From: an archaeon
GTDB taxonomy: Archaea; Asgardarchaeota; Thorarchaeia; Thorarchaeales; Thorarchaeaceae
Direction: 5' to 3'
Assembly (NCBI GenBank): GCA_024275415.1
Contig: JAJRZD010000031.1
Coordinates: 11,176-43,175, forward strand
DNA: 32,000 bases
Below the pieces are notes generated by a model. It worked only from the letters and a program-made list of their open reading frames with translations. It searched no databases and had not been told where the DNA came from. The position numbers and the translations under genes are program-made. This document shows, piece by piece, positions 26,635-32,000 of the stretch (its first letter is position 1; each line of letters begins with the position of its first letter).

Positions 26635-26661
26635 GGAGGCAGCAGTTGCTCTGCCGCCTCC
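26635..26661. terminator. Hairpin between the convergent DUF1028 and histone genes
   Basis: GGAGGC(A)GCAG-ttgct-CTGC(C)GCCTCC. Confidence 0.5.
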
Positions 26662-26689
26662 TGTTTCACACTAGGGCTCACGATCAGGA

Positions 26690-26884
26690 TTATAGGTCGT
26701 AAGCCTTGAGGGTCTTCCTCTTGTTCTCCTTGCACCGGAATGCTGCTGCCTTGAGCATATTCCCAATGTGCTCGTTGATCGCATCATATGCGTCCGAGCC
26801 AACCATCATGTCTTGGGATTTTGCGAATTCTTTGATAGCACTCTTCACGAAGAAGGTTGGTAGCTTTTCTTTTTTCTTAGCCAT
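26690..26884 (-). CDS. Short histone-fold protein, face-to-face (alpha3-truncated, DUF1931/HTkC-like) type
   Basis: VKSAIKEFAKS.D M.V....YDAI......L..A..R......RKTLKAYDL. ATG26884 after GAGGTGG SD. 64 aa. Confidence 0.88.
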   Translation of the reverse strand: MAKKKEKLPTFFVKSAIKEFAKSQDMMVGSDAYDAINEHIGNMLKAAAFRCKENKRKTLKAYDL

Positions 26885-27042
26885 TTTCAAACCACCTCAG
26901 CTATACATCTGTTCTAGGGCGTCTAGCTCCATTCTGATGTATACCCCTCGAAGTTCGAGGTCTAAACGTTCGTGAACTCCTTAATAAGGCTATGTCGCAC
27001 GAAATGGCGTCTGGCGCCGTTCTAGTAAAGCTCTGCGCCAAA

Positions 27043-27132
27043 TCATGAAATGACCCCTAGCTCATGAAATTGGCATTAAAACCAGCATTTCATGCTTTAA
27101 GAAATGCCTTCTTTTGTCTTTGTTTCATGAAA
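27043..27132. promoter_or_regulatory. Cluster of four TCATGAAA-type motifs
   Basis: TCATGAAAT at 27043 and 27062, ATTTCATG at 27087, palindrome TTTCATGAAA at 27123. Confidence 0.5.
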
Positions 27133-27276
27133 ACAATCTCAATTGGCCTATTCTGTGAACTCCTTACGATTCGAATCACAAAAAATCACATCCGCAAAGA
27201 AACACTTTTAACTGTAGAATATTACAACTGTATTAAGTTACAGTAATTGTATTGAGTTACAGTTGGTGCAGAATCT

Positions 27277-28164
27277 ATGTACGATTTCGACGAGTTTGAT
27301 GAGGAATACGATGCGGACGCACAAGATGACTCTGATAATAATAGGGGCGAACTGATAGCTCACAGGAATGAACTGTCTGAGAGTAAGGATGGTAGAGAGC
27401 AGGAAGAGTTTGCTGAGAACCCGCAGGATCTTGAAGCCATACGACGTGAGCTTGAAGAGGTTCGAAGGATGAAAGAGGAACTCAGGAAAGAAATCGAAGA
27501 GGTTCGTCGTGAAAAGGAGGCGCGAAGGATTGGACGACGGGTTCATACCAAAGTGAAACATCCGCGCCCACCCAAGCCTGTCCGATCCCCCAGACGAGCA
27601 TCGATAGTGGATTTTGAAGCTCTGACTGATAGCCTTGAGGAGATGATGGAAGGGTTGGGTGAGCAAATAAAGACCTCTCTGACCGGTTTAAAGGTCATAG
27701 GTAAGGAGATCACAGAACCGTTCCTTGACCTGCATACATCAAGGGAACGAATCAAGTATGGCAAGAGGCGTTCCAAGTCACGCATCGAGAAGGTCGCACC
27801 TGAACGAATTGCCCGCGTGATAACACCATTGGCAAGCGAGGAACGACTGAAAATACTGGATTATCTGAAAGGCGGAGGCAAGACCTTCAACGAGCTGGAA
27901 CTACACACTGGGAAGACAGGAAGCTCGCTCACTCATCACCTGAATCCACTTCTTGAGGCTGGGTATGTGATAAAGGGTGAGGTTCGAGGAACATATTACA
28001 TCACTGTTGAGGGTCAACTGGCATACCGTCTTGTGCAATGGTTGACAGATAGGCTTGAACGGGAGATTCAGCTTAAGGATGTCAAGGATTCTAATGTTGG
28101 GAATGGGCAGCAAGGCGAGGTCAAGATTATCATAGAGGATGAAGAGGAGGATGATATAGAATGA
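27277..28164 (+). CDS. ArsR-like wHTH regulator with long acidic/coiled-coil N-terminus
   Basis: LASEERLKILDYL...KTFNEL...TGSSLTHHLNPLLEAGYV...RGTYYIT.EG. Confidence 0.85.
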   Translation: MYDFDEFDEEYDADAQDDSDNNRGELIAHRNELSESKDGREQEEFAENPQDLEAIRRELEEVRRMKEELRKEIEEVRREKEARRIGRRVHTKVKHPRPPKPVRSPRRASIVDFEALTDSLEEMMEGLGEQIKTSLTGLKVIGKEITEPFLDLHTSRERIKYGKRRSKSRIEKVAPERIARVITPLASEERLKILDYLKGGGKTFNELELHTGKTGSSLTHHLNPLLEAGYVIKGEVRGTYYITVEGQLAYRLVQWLTDRLEREIQLKDVKDSNVGNGQQGEVKIIIEDEEEDDIE

Positions 28165-28940
28165 ATATCACTGTAGACGATAGACTAATGAAGCTCACAA
28201 AGGAATTCCGTCTGATTGACACAAAAAAGGCATTTGTGACACTGGGCATGGGGACTGTCTGGGCGCCATTGAAGGAGTCCGATAAGACAATAGGGGCTGC
28301 ATTTCATGGCCCTAGTAGGTTTGCAGTTGACGCCATCGTTGAGTCTGATTATGGTGTAACGGGCGAATCTATTGCGGCGGAACTCAATGGGATTCAGCTG
28401 TATTTCGGATCGTCTGACTTGACGGGCCCCTCACAGCCTGTGACCGAGGATGATCTGTTAGAGCTTGGCTATCCCTCATCTGTTTCATTTTGTGAGTCTG
28501 TGCGGACGAAAATAGATGGTGCCCCGAGTAGAAACGATAAAAGATTCGATATCGAAGGCGATGCAGATATTCTGATTGGAGAAGACGAGTCCCGGAAGAA
28601 AGTCATGCTAGTCGTCAAAAACAATTCAACAGTATTTACACATGATAAGAAAGTATTCGTCACGGACGATGATGGCAAGAGCGTCTTTGTGCAAGGTTCG
28701 AGGATATCCATCGGTGACTCTGACGGACAGACACTCATTATCGATGAAGATAGGCTGAGAGGATTTGAAGTGCTCAATAGGCTTGGTCCGACAATTGCTA
28801 GAACTGTTTCTTCAGTGATGCGCAATATCCCAAAGATTACAAGGCATATTGGCGAACAAATGCGGGCTACCCGATGGCATCAAGATTTTGATATATATGG
28901 CTCGTATGATAATGTGGACGAATTTGATTGGCCTGACTGA
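28161..28940 (+). CDS. Hypothetical protein, translationally coupled to the regulator
   Basis: ATGA overlap with the previous gene. Beta-rich middle region, helical C-terminus. Confidence 0.75.
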   Translation: MNITVDDRLMKLTKEFRLIDTKKAFVTLGMGTVWAPLKESDKTIGAAFHGPSRFAVDAIVESDYGVTGESIAAELNGIQLYFGSSDLTGPSQPVTEDDLLELGYPSSVSFCESVRTKIDGAPSRNDKRFDIEGDADILIGEDESRKKVMLVVKNNSTVFTHDKKVFVTDDDGKSVFVQGSRISIGDSDGQTLIIDEDRLRGFEVLNRLGPTIARTVSSVMRNIPKITRHIGEQMRATRWHQDFDIYGSYDNVDEFDWPD

Positions 28941-29003
28941 TCTCTTGAGATTCTGTGAAACGGAGAAGCTCCCGATGTATTATCATGGGCATCTCTGTGT
29001 CTA

Positions 29004-30815
29004 TCACTCAGGATGAGCCCGTGTGCTCATTCCTCTCGGATTGATTTGAAGCTCGTAAAGCGAGTAGTACTTGCCGCGCTTCTCCATTAGCTCACGATGG
29101 TTTCCCGATTCTACGATTTTGCCATTCTCAATGACGATGATACGGTCCGCGCTAACGATGGTGGACAACCGGTGTGCGATGACGATGGATGTCCTACCCT
29201 CCATCAGAGCCTTCATGCCTTTCTGGATTGCATACTCGGTATAGATGTCTATGGAACTCGTCGCCTCGTCAAGAACAAGTATCCTTGGGTTTGCCAATAG
29301 TGCCCGAGCGAAGCTGATAAGCTGCCTCTCTCCTTCAGACAAGTTTCCCCCTCTTTCTCCTACTTGAGTGTCAAAGCCATCCTTCAGACTCTCCAACAGC
29401 CTGCGCGCACCGATTATCTCTGTTGCTTTGTAAATATCTTCGTCAGTCGCATCAGGTTTCCCATATCTGATATTCTCCTTTACGGTTCCCATGAAGAGGA
29501 AAGGATCTTGCAACACCAGACCTATGGATGCCCTGAGAGATTCCTGTGTCACATCTTGGATATTTATGTCATCGATTTTAATTGTACCATCCCAGATCTC
29601 GTAGAACCTGTTGAGAAGACTTACTATTGTCGTCTTGCCGGCACCAGTATCGCCCACCACAGCGACGGTTTCGCCCGGCTGTATCTCCAAGTTGAAGTCA
29701 ACCAGAATAGGGATGCCCTCGATGTAGCCAAAGGTCACATGGTCGAAGGTGATCTTCCCTTTGATGTTTGAAAGAACGAGCGCATCCGGCTTGTCAATGA
29801 TTGTCGGTTCTTCATCAATGATGCTGAATACACGTTCGGCTCCAGCAAAGGCACTTTGCACGGAGGTATAAAAGTCTGCGATAATAAGAATGGGTCTGAA
29901 AAACCGTCCGCTGAACTGGATGAACAGTATTACTGTCCCAAGTGTTATGGTTCCTTCGATAAGTCGCAGCCCACCGAACCAGAGGATTAGGATTACGCCC
30001 AACGTTCCAATGAACCTGATACCCGGAAAGAACATGGCTTGCGATTTTCCAGCATCCACATTCGATTCGTAATCTGCTTTATTTAACGCATCGAAGTTCT
30101 CGATGTTAATCCTTTCACGAGCGAAGCTCTTTGTGACCTTTGCACCAGAAATCGTTTCTGCTAGGTTCGCAGTTACGCTGGATATTGTTTTTAGGGTGTC
30201 ACGATATGCAATCCTTAGTTTCCTTCGAAAGATAATCGTAGTGGCAAGAAGGACTGGTACTACGGCAAGAGAGATGAGGGCAAGCTGTAGGTCAACAGTG
30301 AATATCACTATCCCGATACCTATCACAATGAACACCTGAGCGAAGGTGCTGATGAGACCTCCACTCATCAATTCACTCATCCTGTCGATATCGCTGGTTA
30401 TTCGGCTGATGACCCGCCCTGATGCAGACTTATCGTAAAAGTCCTGTGATAGGACTTGAAGTCGAGCATACAGCTTCTGTCGGATATTGAAGATGGCATT
30501 CTGTCCCATGTATGTCGTGTAGTATTCGGTTCCGTAATTAGCTCCCCATTGGATGATGGAGAGTGTCACATAGAGGAGCGTTGTGAACAACAGTGCATCC
30601 AAGTTGCCTGAAGGAAGGTCTTCATCGATTGCTTTTCGAAGGATGAACGGGAGTGAGATCTCAAGCACGATACCAAGGGCGACCAATGCTGAAACCCCTA
30701 TGAACACGATTTTGTACTCTAGTAGATACCCGACCATCCGACCCAGCAGTTGGGAATCTGTGAAGCGATAGGTTCGTGCGTCTGGATCATCTTGAGTGTC
30801 GAGCCCACTACTCAT
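29004..30815 (-). CDS. ABC exporter half-transporter (TMD+NBD), TM288-like partner
   Basis: Six TMs, Walker A GDTGAGKTT, degenerate signature LSEGERQ, Walker B LVLDEATSSID, IAHRLSTI. Confidence 0.95.
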   Translation of the reverse strand: MSSGLDTQDDPDARTYRFTDSQLLGRMVGYLLEYKIVFIGVSALVALGIVLEISLPFILRKAIDEDLPSGNLDALLFTTLLYVTLSIIQWGANYGTEYYTTYMGQNAIFNIRQKLYARLQVLSQDFYDKSASGRVISRITSDIDRMSELMSGGLISTFAQVFIVIGIGIVIFTVDLQLALISLAVVPVLLATTIIFRRKLRIAYRDTLKTISSVTANLAETISGAKVTKSFARERINIENFDALNKADYESNVDAGKSQAMFFPGIRFIGTLGVILILWFGGLRLIEGTITLGTVILFIQFSGRFFRPILIIADFYTSVQSAFAGAERVFSIIDEEPTIIDKPDALVLSNIKGKITFDHVTFGYIEGIPILVDFNLEIQPGETVAVVGDTGAGKTTIVSLLNRFYEIWDGTIKIDDINIQDVTQESLRASIGLVLQDPFLFMGTVKENIRYGKPDATDEDIYKATEIIGARRLLESLKDGFDTQVGERGGNLSEGERQLISFARALLANPRILVLDEATSSIDIYTEYAIQKGMKALMEGRTSIVIAHRLSTIVSADRIIVIENGKIVESGNHRELMEKRGKYYSLYELQINPRGMSTRAHPE

Positions 30816-32000
30816 GGTGTCGTCCTCCTGTTGTGGGCACTGCAGTGGCTACCTCCATTTCTTCCAACGTTTCGTAGATATCTGCATACAACCCTCCACG
30901 ATTGATGAGTTCCTGATGAGAGCCTATTTCCATTATCCGGCCTTTTTCCATCATGACTATGATATCCGCATTCCGAACCGTGCTAAGCCTATGGGTTATT
31001 ATGAATGTCGTCCTGTTCTTCATCAGGGTTTCCAAAGCTCTCTGTATGAGCATCTCAGTCCTTGCGTCAACAGAACTCGTCGAATCGTCCAGTATGAGTA
31101 TTTTTGGATTTGCCAATAATGCACGAGCAATTGCAATTCGTTGCTTCTGCCCCCCGCTCAGTGTCACTCCCCTCTCACCGACAGGCGTTTCATATCCTCC
31201 CTCAAGTGTTTCGATAAAGTCGTGGATATTCGCAGCCTTTGCCACAGCAATGATTTCATCCAGACTGGCGTCTGGTTTTGCAAAGGCGATGTTCTCCCGA
31301 ATGGTTGCTGAGAACAGGAATGGGTCTTGATGCACCATGCCTATACTACTGCGAAGTTTGTTTATGCTGAAGTAATCTATATCGATGTCATCTATGTAGA
31401 CCTTTCCAGGCTTGATGATTGAATACTCTTTTTTTCCAATCCTTACGCTGTTCTCCTCAACGGGATAGTCTTTACCATCGATTGTCACATTCCCGTCCTT
31501 CACACGGTAGACTTCTCCATTGTATTCCACCACCTCCGATTGGTCAGCATCGTAAAACCGAGGGATCAGGTTTACCAAGCTTGTCTTCCCCGAACCGGTT
31601 CCTCCAAGCAAGGCGACGATCTGTCCTGACTCCACCTCCATCGTGATATCCTTCAGGATGTAGTCCTGTTGCAAATAGCTGAAGTAGACATGATTGAATG
31701 TGATTTTGCCCTGTATCTCGTGTTCAATAGGGTTCTGGGGGTCATGTACACTGTCTTTGTAGTCCAAGATATAGAACGCTCGCTCAACAGATGCTGAAGC
31801 CCTTTGGTACATTCCGACCGACCATGAAAGGAATCTGGCTGGAAGCATCAGCATCCCAATGAGTGTGACAAACCCCACAAAGACGCCATATGTCAGGTCG
31901 CCCAAGATGTAGGAGTATCCGCCGACATAGATGAGCAGCCCTATCACAAGTCCGAAGAGTGTGGGGAGCAATGGTCTATAGAACGCAAACAACCGGAATG
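30808..32000 (-). CDS. ABC exporter half-transporter (TM287-like), 5'-truncated by the window edge
   Basis: Walker A GGTGSGKTS, LSGGQKQR, degenerate Walker B LILDDSTSSVD. Frame is open to the window end. 42-aa insertion in the NBD. Confidence 0.95.
   Translation of the reverse strand, partial: FRLFAFYRPLLPTLFGLVIGLLIYVGGYSYILGDLTYGVFVGFVTLIGMLMLPARFLSWSVGMYQRASASVERAFYILDYKDSVHDPQNPIEHEIQGKITFNHVYFSYLQQDYILKDITMEVESGQIVALLGGTGSGKTSLVNLIPRFYDADQSEVVEYNGEVYRVKDGNVTIDGKDYPVEENSVRIGKKEYSIIKPGKVYIDDIDIDYFSINKLRSSIGMVHQDPFLFSATIRENIAFAKPDASLDEIIAVAKAANIHDFIETLEGGYETPVGERGVTLSGGQKQRIAIARALLANPKILILDDSTSSVDARTEMLIQRALETLMKNRTTFIITHRLSTVRNADIIVMMEKGRIMEIGSHQELINRGGLYADIYETLEEMEVATAVPTTGGRHHE

Noticed and set aside
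714-31646. Numerous 60-170 aa ORFs in the track overlapping called genes
   Set aside because: Antisense or alternate-frame shadows of well-supported CDSs, with no SD, motif or independent support.

Overview
Archaeal chromosomal window, most consistent with an Asgard archaeon (Thorarchaeia-like). This is an inference from the archaeal uS19, a histone, TrmB/Lrp regulators, 24-aa LRR and TPR proteins, and a DPM2-like membrane protein. Most of it is core/accessory metabolism and transport: a Trm112-methyltransferase fusion, TrmB plus an ABC-2 exporter operon, two MFS transporters, NfeD, an M42 peptidase, a PF10107-like nuclease, flavodoxin, DUF362, PMM/GlmM, a ferredoxin-fused EtfAB, nitroreductase, DUF1028, an ArsR-like regulator and a heterodimeric ABC exporter. 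No rRNA, tRNA, CRISPR array or transposase was recognised. Best leads: (1) an unannotated, translationally coupled array of 25-38 aa peptide ORFs at 1-328, two of them paralogous with a TTxA(I/L)-aromatic-rich-YxR C-terminus; (2) a DPM2-like protein near a phosphomannomutase; (3) a free-standing 577-aa multi-HTH/LAGLIDADG protein in a lower-GC island; (4) a triplicated 14-aa hairpin inserted in an ABC ATPase; (5) a face-to-face-type histone and a very basic 67-aa protein; (6) mirror-symmetric operators and many bacterial-style terminator hairpins. All family calls come from motif recognition by eye, not from database searches.
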